Source of the DNA: Asterionella formosa
Taxonomy: Eukaryota
Direction: 5' to 3'
Length of the DNA stretch: 49,587 bases
Assembly (NCBI GenBank): GCA_002256025.1
Contig: NKIB01013945.1
Span: forward strand, 1-49,587
In this document: positions 35,864 through 46,242 of the stretch, one piece after another
Numbering within the stretch: position 1 is the stretch's first letter
How the letters are laid out: each line of letters opens with the position of its first letter
Translations under genes and position numbers: made by a program
The notes under the pieces: model-generated
What the model was told of the DNA's origin: nothing
What the model saw: the letters and a program-made list of their open reading frames with translations, nothing else
Databases searched by the model: none

Positions 35864-38833
35864 ATGTCGGAGCCATTCTGGAGCGCTCTACAGCTTACCA
35901 AAGATGGTTTCCTCATGATTCCGGAGAAATTCGATCAGCCTCCACTTTTGATAAGCGCAGAGGCCCTTTGGCTCAAGTTTCATCCTCATTTGACTCAAGT
36001 TTCGTTTGATGAGCCTCCCACTATTGTTAAATCAGGGGAAAGGAAGTATATTTCTGATATGTGCAACATTATTTCCCCCATATTGGACGATATTGACAAG
36101 ATGAAAGACACGGAGCGATTTCGCAGTCCCGAAGCCAATAGACAGCGACGGGAGGCTATGAAAAACTTCAGTAGAATGGACGTTAATGTCAAATTGCTCG
36201 AGCGCCAACAAGAGGCATTTCAAGGTAGAGAATCAAGCAAGGATCATTACCACTCTTCTGAAGACGCATCTCTTGTGGTTTGCAAGACACTCAATTCAAT
36301 TCGACTTCTATTTCCTTTACTCGTCCGCATTCTACATCACCCGTTACGAGCAGACAAGGAATTGGTGATTAGTACGCGTAGGCTAGATCAAGGGACGCGG
36401 ATATGGTTGCTTGGAGACTATGTTTGTTGCATTGTGTTTCCAAAGAGTTTGAAATCCTTGGAATTTCGAATGAAGCTTATTTTGAGATCATTCATTAGTA
36501 AGGCGACATCCGAGAAGGTACTTGCAGGACACGTAGCATGGGATGGCTTGCTGAAAATGCTACTCGAAAGCCAGTGCATCCAACTCGCCCCGGCTAACCC
36601 GCGACTTTGGTTGATGGAAGATGGCAACGAACACGAACTTTTGACCCGTGCCAAAAGGCACGATCAAATCTTTATTACTAATATCCTCCGAGAAAAAACC
36701 AACGAGGATAAGCACGAACAATATCTAGCAGCTGTGAAGGGTTTAAAAGAAAGAATCACATTTCTTCTTAGCAAAGGCTATCATGGTGCTAGATTGGATA
36801 TTTATGGAAGTTGCTTATCCGATCTGTCACTTGGAATATCGTCAGATGTGGATCTCTCGCTCAATTTGCCTTATTTGGCTACGATCAAGGACCGTTTTCG
36901 AATGGGTAAGGTGACGGCTTCAAAGTATGAGAGAGAAGCGAAAAAGGCGGTATATTCAGTCGAATCTATACTGAGGGGAGACGTCAGGAAAGAATTTCAA
37001 GACCTTATGCCTGTTGCCAGAGCACGCGTACCCGTTGTTAAGGGACGCTACATCAACGCTGGAAATCCTCACTCAGTCGATGGCAGTATCAAGTTTGACA
37101 TATGCTTCTTTAACGATATCGCAGTTGCCAACACGAGGCTACTTCGAGATTATACACTGGTAGACGCGAATGCCAAGCTTTGCATGCTAGCTATCAAGGC
37201 ATGGGCTAGGGATTACAAGGTTAACTCCGCTGTAGACGATCGAATTTCATCGTACGCTTGGATGAATCTGGTGATTTTTTACCTGCAATGTATCGGCTAT
37301 CTACCGAATTTGCAATGCTCCAAGCTAATGAAAAAATCTGGTTTCACACCGAACCCCAAGGGGGATCCTTTGCACTTTGTCAATGCGTCGAACACAGCTT
37401 TTGTTCCGTGGAATATTGTGAAGGAAAACCATGCTTGGGAAATGCCCAAGGATCTGAAGAATCTACCGCTTAGCATCTTGATCCACGGGTTTTTTTACTT
37501 TTATAGCAGTTACTTTCCTAGATCTCTGTACGCGACGTCGATTCGTTCTGGTGAAATTGCTATCCCCAAGACTGCCAGCCGTAAAGCTAAGTTGGCGTTC
37601 CTCTGCATCGAGGACCCATTCGAAACTTTTAACAGCCATTGTCCTCACGATCTAGGAGTACCAGCTAATGAAAAAGGTCAAGAAGTTATTTTCAATTTGA
37701 TTGATGAAAATGAGGCTTTTCTTCGCCGAATCCTTTTCGGCAAAACTTGCTCAGTCGACGGAGAGTTGTGGAAAAATCCGCACGGAACCCGACCAAAAAG
37801 CAGCATCTTCAACACCGATGATCTAGTAAAAGGAATAGATACAATGATGCACGAGGCCAGTGAAAATGGAAGCAGGCAGACGCCAGACCGAGCGACCGAG
37901 GCTAATCAAACAAAAACCGAAATTAGTGAAGACACAGAACAAGGAAAGGAGGCAAAAATGCAGAAATCGAATAAGAGCGAGGATGGAAGTTCGCAGACGT
38001 CCCCAGGCCTAGTCGAACAAACTGAAAATGGAGTGCAAACGAAGGAGGGAAATGGAAAGTATACGCAAAGAAATATCATGCCAAGTAACGCCGCAGTTGG
38101 AGGCAAGGTTGGGAATATGCACAAAGAGAACGGACACGAGAGCGCGAAGGAAACCCGATTTATTGACTTCCAAAGCGGAAATACGGCGCTTGCGAAGGAG
38201 AAAAATGGAAAGAAATCCCAAGTTACACTCCCTGTTATAGAAATGGGGGTCTATATGCAGAACTCATCCAAAAGCGAAAATGAAAGTAGGAAGGAATTCC
38301 AAAGCCAAGGAATCCACACCGAAAACGAGATGGAAATGAAGGGGGCAAACAGAGAGACGACAGAAAATAGTACCGTTCTGAGTACAGTCCCATTTCCAGA
38401 AAGAAAGGCGGACTTTCAGAAATCAAACAATAGGCAGAATTTCCGAAGCCAAAACTTCAATGGAGGCCGCGGCAGACGACACGAAGGAGGAAGTAAGAAA
38501 CTGCCCAACCAAGGCAACGTTAGAAATTGGAAAAGTGAGGGAAGCGATTTAGACAAGGAAAGATTAGGTCTTACTACGGAGAAATTTCCCAATATATCTA
38601 GCCAACATCTTCCAATCCCGGCAGTGGCTGGATCTCGTCAAAGCAACGAATGCAACAGTGGCAATGAATCCAAAGGTGGTGCAAGAACGTTTCCAAATCT
38701 CAGGAATGAGGAAGTAACGGAAAGCTCGGAACGGATGCCGACCAACAGAAGGCGGCGAGCACGCCGCAGCCATATCCCGAAAGCAAACGAAAGTAAGACA
38801 GGGACACCAACACAATCTAAGGATAACACTTGA
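35864..38833 (+). CDS. Cid1/GLD-2/TUTase-family terminal nucleotidyltransferase (989 aa)
   Basis: IYGSCLSDLSLGISSDVDL (GS...DxD), ARVPVVK, FDICFFNDIAVANTRLL, IKAWAR...ISSYAWMNLVIFYLQ, PAP-associated IEDPFET. Confidence 0.9.
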   Translation: MSEPFWSALQLTKDGFLMIPEKFDQPPLLISAEALWLKFHPHLTQVSFDEPPTIVKSGERKYISDMCNIISPILDDIDKMKDTERFRSPEANRQRREAMKNFSRMDVNVKLLERQQEAFQGRESSKDHYHSSEDASLVVCKTLNSIRLLFPLLVRILHHPLRADKELVISTRRLDQGTRIWLLGDYVCCIVFPKSLKSLEFRMKLILRSFISKATSEKVLAGHVAWDGLLKMLLESQCIQLAPANPRLWLMEDGNEHELLTRAKRHDQIFITNILREKTNEDKHEQYLAAVKGLKERITFLLSKGYHGARLDIYGSCLSDLSLGISSDVDLSLNLPYLATIKDRFRMGKVTASKYEREAKKAVYSVESILRGDVRKEFQDLMPVARARVPVVKGRYINAGNPHSVDGSIKFDICFFNDIAVANTRLLRDYTLVDANAKLCMLAIKAWARDYKVNSAVDDRISSYAWMNLVIFYLQCIGYLPNLQCSKLMKKSGFTPNPKGDPLHFVNASNTAFVPWNIVKENHAWEMPKDLKNLPLSILIHGFFYFYSSYFPRSLYATSIRSGEIAIPKTASRKAKLAFLCIEDPFETFNSHCPHDLGVPANEKGQEVIFNLIDENEAFLRRILFGKTCSVDGELWKNPHGTRPKSSIFNTDDLVKGIDTMMHEASENGSRQTPDRATEANQTKTEISEDTEQGKEAKMQKSNKSEDGSSQTSPGLVEQTENGVQTKEGNGKYTQRNIMPSNAAVGGKVGNMHKENGHESAKETRFIDFQSGNTALAKEKNGKKSQVTLPVIEMGVYMQNSSKSENESRKEFQSQGIHTENEMEMKGANRETTENSTVLSTVPFPERKADFQKSNNRQNFRSQNFNGGRGRRHEGGSKKLPNQGNVRNWKSEGSDLDKERLGLTTEKFPNISSQHLPIPAVAGSRQSNECNSGNESKGGARTFPNLRNEEVTESSERMPTNRRRRARRSHIPKANESKTGTPTQSKDNT

Positions 38834-39034
38834 ATGAAGTGCCCAAAGATTGCGATAGAGCAACTTCATTATATGCACCAAATGATTGTGACGAAACCAC
38901 TACATTCAAGAGATCGCCACGGAACCACTACTATATACTGTGAAAAGATATTATTTTTGTGCACTTATTATCCGTTAAATATGAGCTCAATTCACAAATT
39001 GTAAAAGGATTGTACAAAACCGAATCTGTCTAGT

Positions 39035-41065
39035 TTACAGTCTGCTACGAATAGGAGAATCAACCACAACTAGTGCCTGCATTTCCAACAGAGCTTCTTC
39101 TAGGTGATGGCATAGCCTATCAGTCCATTGATGGTGTTTCAAGGCAGTGACATTGAAGTAGCATGCGTCACTCTTTACAGAGTAGGCGAGCCCAACTCCA
39201 TCAGGGAAAACTTCACCGTAACCCCAGTTTTCAAATTTTGGGTGAGTCAAATTGCTTGTGCTGACCCTCCATCGCTTGGATCGGATGAACAATGGATGGC
39301 TGTACAGATCAGGGGCTTCTTCGCCGTCTTGAACTAGCATAGACAATCCGAAGAAATGCCTATCAACGCCCATTGCTTTCGCTGCGTTTCCAATGTATTG
39401 AACGTGGCTGTCAACTGCGGCTCGCAGCAAGTTCACCTTTTCTTCCCGAACGGTTCGATCTTTCTCAAAGAAATTGGGATACATACCCATCTTCTTGACA
39501 AATGCTTCATTGGCAGGGCTAACCGATCGGGTCGTTTCAGTGCGTCCATGCAAGAAAGGCCGGACTTGTGTGGCCTCGTATGTTCCTGCTTGTTCACCCC
39601 AAAGGCGATACGTGGCAAGCTGCATTGCCATTTGAACATAGGCATCAGGGGAGAAACCGGTTTCCTTCATAAAATTACTTCCATATCCTTGGAAGCTCTG
39701 AACGTGAAGCTCATGGTCACCCGTTAGTTTCAGAAAATGGCTTTTTGCTTCTTCAATAAGGGACGGAACGTTTGAGTTAATCAGTTGCGGTATGACATGC
39801 TCAAATATGTTTTCGACAGAAGTACTAGTACTGCCTCGAGAATCCTTGGCCAACACTTTATCATATGTTTGGCTCGTGACATGATGTGCGAGATTGACGC
39901 AGGGCATGCCATCCATCATGGAATGCTCCCCCAAATACCCAGTTTTGCCGTTGTTGGAGCAAAATATTTGGACTGATTTATCAAACCATCGATTCATACC
40001 TGAGGTTGTTCCTCCGTGCCAAAAAAGCTCCCCGCACTGTTTCCTTGATACAGGCTCTTGATCGTCCAAGCAAAGTAAAAAAGCTCCACTTTCGAGTTTT
40101 ACAAGGGCGTCGTGAGCTCCTGCTTGGAGCAATGCATCACGAGCATCAGCACATGCATCTCGGTTATTGCTAGTCAGCCAGCCCAGCTCTAGAGCAGGAG
40201 CAGCGTCTGCCCTTGCAATGCACTCTTGAATCGACTGTTCCAATGCATCAAGGGGCAAGGGATCGCCAGTTGATGGATCGACAAATTCTACAGCGAAGAA
40301 GTGTCCCTTACGAGCAACAATGCAATGAGAATGCAAAGAGGGATCATATATGCGATATGAGTCTTGTTCTCGTTTCGGAACGCGAGATGCATTGAACATA
40401 TACTTAAACGCGACGGAACACAGTGGCGTTTTGGTTTTCCGACCAATCTGTTCAGCAGGAAATGCTCCAGAACAAATCAGCTTGCGAAATTCAGCAACGC
40501 TACTCATGATTGCAGCGCCTCTGGTGACATTCAAAGGTCGATCCGAAGGGAGAGTGGGGTCGTCACTCAAGTGAAAGAAGTAAGATACGTTGATGACAAC
40601 GGGATCCCTCACTTGCAGGTAGCCCGCAGTATTCCACCATAGTTGCAACCAGCTCGAGTCCTTCATGTCCACATTGCGACGGTGCTCTAGACGTGTTTGA
40701 AGCACTCGTGCTTGCTCGGGAAAGGCACGACATGCTTCTTCAAGGGAAGTGCGCTCCTCTGCCGACTTTGCAAGTGGTAAAGCAGTTGGAAGGAAGCGCT
40801 CTAATGTTTCTTGAATGGTTGGAATTGGGAGGCAGGGTAACGACTTCTGGTGTTCGTACAGCGGACCTCCGACGTGCTCTTCGAGAAATGCCTCTTCACG
40901 GTAGTCACCATTGGATTCAATCATGGGCTTGCTCCAAGGCTTGAAGGGGCCATTGGCAGCACTCATCGTTCGAGTGCAGTTGCGGGGAAAGGATGCGCGA
41001 AGGTGCTTGGCGCTCGCAGTGATGGGATATCGTTTCAACGTGGCCGTCGAAGTCAAACGAAGCAT
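39035..41065 (-). CDS. CRAT: Carnitine O-acetyltransferase
   Basis: LPCLPIPTIQETL, SWLQLWW...YL..RDPV, NRWFDKS, GEHSMMDG (catalytic His), SPDAYVQMAMQLA, TYEATQVRPFLHGRTET, GVDRH, VSTS. Confidence 0.93.
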   Translation of the reverse strand: MLRLTSTATLKRYPITASAKHLRASFPRNCTRTMSAANGPFKPWSKPMIESNGDYREEAFLEEHVGGPLYEHQKSLPCLPIPTIQETLERFLPTALPLAKSAEERTSLEEACRAFPEQARVLQTRLEHRRNVDMKDSSWLQLWWNTAGYLQVRDPVVINVSYFFHLSDDPTLPSDRPLNVTRGAAIMSSVAEFRKLICSGAFPAEQIGRKTKTPLCSVAFKYMFNASRVPKREQDSYRIYDPSLHSHCIVARKGHFFAVEFVDPSTGDPLPLDALEQSIQECIARADAAPALELGWLTSNNRDACADARDALLQAGAHDALVKLESGAFLLCLDDQEPVSRKQCGELFWHGGTTSGMNRWFDKSVQIFCSNNGKTGYLGEHSMMDGMPCVNLAHHVTSQTYDKVLAKDSRGSTSTSVENIFEHVIPQLINSNVPSLIEEAKSHFLKLTGDHELHVQSFQGYGSNFMKETGFSPDAYVQMAMQLATYRLWGEQAGTYEATQVRPFLHGRTETTRSVSPANEAFVKKMGMYPNFFEKDRTVREEKVNLLRAAVDSHVQYIGNAAKAMGVDRHFFGLSMLVQDGEEAPDLYSHPLFIRSKRWRVSTSNLTHPKFENWGYGEVFPDGVGLAYSVKSDACYFNVTALKHHQWTDRLCHHLEEALLEMQALVVVDSPIRSRL

Positions 41066-41937
41066 TGCGCTGCAAGAAATAACTACGGTACTTCGCTGAA
41101 ATTATGGGAACTACAATATCAACAACCTGATTCTCCGAGTTGAGCAAATCAGGTTTATTGTTGAGTGTCACTGATGCATCTTTGAAGTTGTCACGGCATG
41201 TCGCGTCGTCGATTTATTTTAGCTATGTAGGGCATCAATCATGTTGCATGTTGTGACTGTTCTCTTTTTGTCTGCTCTCTTTTTGTTTTTACTTTTTCCC
41301 GACGAGGAATCCATCCTGACCAGCTGATGCTCATGTGTGATGCCAATCTCAATTACAGCCTATTATTTAGTTCATGAAGACTACAAAAGCAAAATACAAT
41401 GCATCTTTTTGGAAACAGTGTACGTAGAATATATATACCTCTATTGCAGATGTTGAGTACAGAATATGTTAATATGAACATATTCATCGCTATTAGCTGT
41501 CTTAGTCTAGAAGATACTTAGTGACTTAGGGCAGTTCTTATCATTTTTCATGTGTATCACTTCATTTGAAATTTTTTGAAAATGTTGCAATTCTGCTTGC
41601 TACTGACATTGTAGGCTTCATTAGTCTGAATTTTCAAACAAAAATAAAAATGTCAAAACATATGGACACCAACGATAATTGGTGAGTCATATAATCAAAT
41701 CAAATTTCGTACATGCAAAATGATTCTTTATAATTTTGACTCTAAAATGTATGTATACTTGCTCGTACATGTATTTATTGAATGACTAGACTGCTGGTAG
41801 GCAATTGGATATACTCTATGTATGATAACTAAATATAGATGGCCATTTCCAGTGTAATGCAACACAAAACATTGACGTTTTTGACGACTGGAATTCACTG
41901 GGTTGCAAATAAGTATGTTGGTCTAGAAAAGTTACAA

Positions 41938-43257
41938 CTATTGCCTAGATTGATGCAGTTCATTTTTCAAAATGCCAAGGGGAGGTGTTAAAAAGAGAAT
42001 GTGATGTCCATGTGGGCGCAACTCCACAACCCCCTTGTAGGCAGTCCGAGGTACTCCCGCCTTTTCATCATCCATCAAGTCCAGCAGTTGTGCCAATTTC
42101 TTAAATGCAGCAAAATTTGCATATTCAATTCTTATGTTATGAAACTTGCTTTCCTCCTTGGCTACATTGACTTCTGTTTCAACCTTTGCTGTTGAAATGA
42201 GATCCCAATACTCTCGATCAAAAGCAGATGGATAGAGATGGGTCAGGTCTTGCCTTGACCAATCTACCTTGACATGATTTAATGCAATTTTTGACAGCAA
42301 TTCGCCAAATTGATTTCCGCTAGCTCCTCCCTTGGTTCCAAAGTGAAATGTCCTGGAGACTTCTGGTCGCAAAAACTGCCTACCACGTCGTTGTTCTGGA
42401 TCTCGCAACCAATCATCCCAATAGCCACTGGGCCACTTGGACGCAAGTTCATTATCCCACAAAGCCTTCGTCATCATCCACCCAAGTCCAGGAAAGAAAT
42501 CAGATCGAACCACTCGTGCCGCGTCCTGTACATTGGACTCCTTTCCATTGTCATTAAATGCCGAAATGGCCATTAGTGTGGAATCTGAATCTAGCAATGG
42601 AGCCATTGCTTTAAAGTAATCAAAAAAATCTGGTGCGACACGTAAATCTTCTTCTAGAATGATGAGTCGTTTTGGCTTTGGATAGTGGTTTCCCGTCGCA
42701 TTTCCCGAAAATGTTTGTTCCAAGGCCCAACCATAGTGAACAGCAAGTGTTTGATATGCATTGTTATTGTTTTTGGTGCGAGGCAGTGGTTCGTGTTGAA
42801 TATGAACGATCGGAATTCCATGCTTGTTGGTAGCCTGATATTTTTGAATGACCTCCTTCACTGCTTCGTTGTCACCATCTTGAGAAATAATTAGAGGACA
42901 TCCGACTTCGCATGTTTTTGGAATGTACTTGATAACGTCGGCCAATGCTTGATCCAAATATTCAGCACGTGAACATGTGAATAGTAACGTAGGTGTTTCA
43001 TACTTGGGTCGTTTCAGGACCATGACCCGTTGTTCCTCGTAATACGGTTCATCGCCAGCACGTAAATGTGGATGCTTCTGTGGCTTGACTACATTTGTAG
43101 CTGCTGTTGGTACTTGTTTGGAAGAATGCCACATAAACAGTACAGCAGTTGCTATCCAGGCCCATGCTAATGCGATGATGACAATTATGGCAATTCGTCG
43201 GACTACATATCGTTTGTGGCCAAATGATGGCCGTGCAGGTTGATTGACAACCACCAT
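41938..43257 (-). CDS. MGAT1: Alpha-1,3-mannosyl-glycoprotein 2-beta-N-acetylglucosaminyltransferase (GnT-I, GT13)
   Basis: Type II TM anchor, IISQDG, Y..LA.HY.WAL, IILEEDLRVAPDFFDYF, ISAFNDNG, RSDFFPGLGWM, WP..YWDDWLR.PE.R.GR...RPEVSRT..FG..G. Confidence 0.95.
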   Translation of the reverse strand: MVVVNQPARPSFGHKRYVVRRIAIIVIIALAWAWIATAVLFMWHSSKQVPTAATNVVKPQKHPHLRAGDEPYYEEQRVMVLKRPKYETPTLLFTCSRAEYLDQALADVIKYIPKTCEVGCPLIISQDGDNEAVKEVIQKYQATNKHGIPIVHIQHEPLPRTKNNNNAYQTLAVHYGWALEQTFSGNATGNHYPKPKRLIILEEDLRVAPDFFDYFKAMAPLLDSDSTLMAISAFNDNGKESNVQDAARVVRSDFFPGLGWMMTKALWDNELASKWPSGYWDDWLRDPEQRRGRQFLRPEVSRTFHFGTKGGASGNQFGELLSKIALNHVKVDWSRQDLTHLYPSAFDREYWDLISTAKVETEVNVAKEESKFHNIRIEYANFAAFKKLAQLLDLMDDEKAGVPRTAYKGVVELRPHGHHILFLTPPLGILKNELHQSRQ

Positions 43258-43766
43258 TTTTTGTTATGTCATATAGTGGTCGACGATGAATCGCCGTTAT
43301 TTTCTTGTCGTGAACAAGCAAGCAGGAATGATTGCGGTCATTTTGCTGAAACGGACAACGTGACGCCAACGCCTGGCAGGACCTTGAGTTCAACGTACAG
43401 TACCTGGTACAGTACGACATAGAAAACGGACATGACAACTTGGTGAAGTAGGGTTTCTTATGGTCGTGATTATCAGAATGGGCAAATGGCCAAAAATGCA
43501 AATGATAATGACCAGTAAAAGCAAAATTAGCACAAAAACGGTATACACAAGAAAGTAAAAAAGTCTTGCTTACCAGTCACTTTGTTTAGAGCTTGACCTT
43601 ATGTTACTTATAGCACTCTTATTCCCTGCCTTGTCCACACTCAAAAGCATTCTGTTAAGTGTAGCAGAGGAATATTGGAGCATCCCTCTGATATCACCAT
43701 TCAATGGTAAACAGGAACTATAGTGTGGTGATGACATGCATGACCAGTTTGTATGAATGTATTTAC

Positions 43767-43814
43767 GAATGAATGAATGAATGAATGAATGTATGTATGT
43801 ATGTATGTATGTAT
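43767..43814. repeat. Compound microsatellite (GAAT)6(GTAT)6
   Basis: Read directly from the sequence. Confidence 0.95.
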
Positions 43815-43825
43815 GTGCCTTCACT

Positions 43826-44406
43826 GGAGTGGCTGAATGGATTTAGTATGGGAGGCTACCTACTGCTATGACTGGCAGTATGTTTTTCCAACAGGGCATG
43901 TAATAAATTTAAAGAGCACACATTAGTAGAAGTAAACAATTGGTAATTGTTTTCTCTGTGGTGTCTGGAGGCATATGCTTTCATCATGATTTGTTGCTTC
44001 AGTGCTTGTTTACATTTTGCTAAGAGAGTTATCAGACCTTACTGCTCCTTTACCATGGATCAATTATACTTCTGCAAAGGACTTCACCATCCTACAGAAG
44101 TGATTGCTGCTGTATACAAATTGTCAACACATTGAAAAATTGTGCACCATAGTTTGCTGTTGAAGGCATTTTCCAGCAGAGGAGCTTTGCTGCCCATACT
44201 AGTGGCAATCAAGAGGAGTGATCGGATTTATGGGAGGCTGCCTACTGCTACTGGTAGTTTGTATTTCCAACAGGGCGTGTAATAAATTTTATAGATCTCA
44301 CATATTAATAGAAGAAAACAATGGCTGACTGTATTTCTCTGTTTGGCGGCAAATGCTATGTTATCGTTGTGATAGCCATGTCCAGCGCTTGTTTTTTATT
44401 TTGCTT
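43826..44406. repeat. Diverged direct repeat of about 195 bp (43826-44025 and 44215-44406)
   Basis: atgggaggct(a/g)cctactgcta...ttccaacagggc(a/g)tgtaataaattt...cag(t/c)gcttgttt..ttttgct present twice. Confidence 0.8.
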
Positions 44407-44585
44407 ACCCGGTACTAAAGTGTATGTATGGCATTATACCGGTACATAAACTGGTTTACCGTATATGAAAATACGGAAATACACAGGCAACTACTTTTTT
44501 GCTGTATGGAGACAAAACGAAACAGGAGGGGAGCACCCATCACAAACCTGACAGCAGCTACAAACGAATCCAAATCATTCTCATT

Positions 44586-45443
44586 ATGAAAGGTGGACCT
44601 CAAAAGTGGCGATGGTTTCTTCAGGATGAAGGTATTTTGTTACAAGATCATTCGATTACAGTCAAAGATGATACAACTATGACTATGGAAGATGCCTTAA
44701 AATGGCTAGATGAAACACAGAATTATACTCTACCTGCACTCTTGTTCGCACTTCATCAATCCAAGGAACAACTCAAAGTGGCTGATGCCATGGTACATCT
44801 ACGACGAAAAAAGCTGCAACAACAAATTCCACATGAGGTATTGCCATCGTCTTCTCGGACAGGGAATGACTGGATTCCTGCCCTCGTTAGCAAACATCAA
44901 ATGCTGTTTCAACATGTGACGAGCTATTATACATCTTTTTGTCGAAAGCAACAATCATTTTCTCATCGTATGTTGAGAATCCTCCCAACTCTACTAATAT
45001 GTTCTTCGGAAAGGGATGTGGAATGCGACCCTCAACTACTACAACTGGACTTGATCGAACTTGCTGCCTTTGTCAAAAGTCGTAAAGCATGTATGAATAG
45101 ATGGTCGTTGACGTTTCGGGTATGTGACGAAGACAGCGATCTTGACTCATGGGATCAACAATTAACTGAAATCATCAAGGATTCTTTTTGGAATAATAAT
45201 GGAGGGAAAATGCATAATGATGACACGCTACAAGAACGGAGGGCATGGGAGGCACAATTACTAGTTACAAAGGCAGAGGAAACTCGACAACAAGCAAAGG
45301 ATACCGTCACACGGAGACAAGAGAAACTAGCTGAAACGAGAGAGAGAATGGTGGTTATCAAGGCACGATTGGAACAAGAAATCGCCATGGTGCTTCAGAT
45401 GGAAGAGGAGCAGATATGCATCCAATTAATGGATGGGTTTTAA
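44586..45443 (+). CDS. Hypothetical protein with C-terminal coiled coil
   Basis: Open frame of about 285 aa from ATG 44586; E/K/R/Q-rich helical tail; no family recognised. Confidence 0.6.
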   Translation: MKGGPQKWRWFLQDEGILLQDHSITVKDDTTMTMEDALKWLDETQNYTLPALLFALHQSKEQLKVADAMVHLRRKKLQQQIPHEVLPSSSRTGNDWIPALVSKHQMLFQHVTSYYTSFCRKQQSFSHRMLRILPTLLICSSERDVECDPQLLQLDLIELAAFVKSRKACMNRWSLTFRVCDEDSDLDSWDQQLTEIIKDSFWNNNGGKMHNDDTLQERRAWEAQLLVTKAEETRQQAKDTVTRRQEKLAETRERMVVIKARLEQEIAMVLQMEEEQICIQLMDGF

Positions 45444-45836
45444 TAGGCTCATCATTCCTTACTACAAAATAGTTTCACTTTTCCTTTTAACATCAATTGT
45501 CACAAAGAAAATGTAATACCTAGCATTAATTGTCATCAAGGAAAACTACCTGAGAATCTAATTTATATATATAATAGGCATCCGCGATCCAGTCCTTTCT
45601 TTCGTCCCCTGCCACCGTACTGACTTTTCGTATCCTACTACCCGTCCAAAAAGAGAATGTTTCACATGTTGTTTGTTAATACACGCTGGTTTTTCAGCAA
45701 AGTAGGTCAACGTTCTTCATCGAAAACGCTTAGACCGTCCTTTGCGTCATTCTGTGCTTTTTCCGGCACTAATAACGTGACAATACCATTCTCTACCCAC
45801 CATTGCCATTCATCCACATTTTGTTATGAATGGCAA

Positions 45837-46242
45837 TTACTTGGATCACCCTTTCCCCAAGGCGGCACAACTTGTCCCTAAGCTACCGACACCACGAATG
45901 TTGCTGCCGGGCTTACTTTGATTGAATCGATGAGATCGTCCACCATGTCGCTGTGCATAAGTACTCGTGGTACCTCGCTGTCGATTCAAACTTAAAAAGT
46001 GAGTATTATCAATGTGAAGCATAATACATAATATATATGTAAATAAATGTTTGCAATAATAATTCAACCATTACATTAACACACTTTGCTCTTACCCCAT
46101 TCGATACGGCTGGTGGATGAATGACGGCTCCAAGAAAAAGAGCTACAAAGTCATAGATTCCGTAAAAGATATCTCTCAGTAGCGACCAACGCCAAATCGT
46201 TTTTCGTTCGTTGACCTTTCCGTCACTTCCAATGTATACCAT
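45837..46242 (-). CDS. SELENOK: Selenoprotein K (95 aa, Sec encoded by UGA at 45848-45846); exons 46242-46096, 45977-45837
   Basis: MVYIGSDGKV.E....WRWSLL.DIFYGI.DFVALF matches the SelK N-terminus. Intron GTAAGA...CAG is phase 0. The G/R-rich tail ends LGKG-TGA-TCC-AAG-TAA (G-U-S-K-stop), the SelK Sec position third from the C-terminus. Confidence 0.85.

Noticed and set aside
42640..42665. GnT-I metal-binding motif EED instead of EDD
   Set aside because: Conservative change with all other motifs intact; no grounds for claiming altered function
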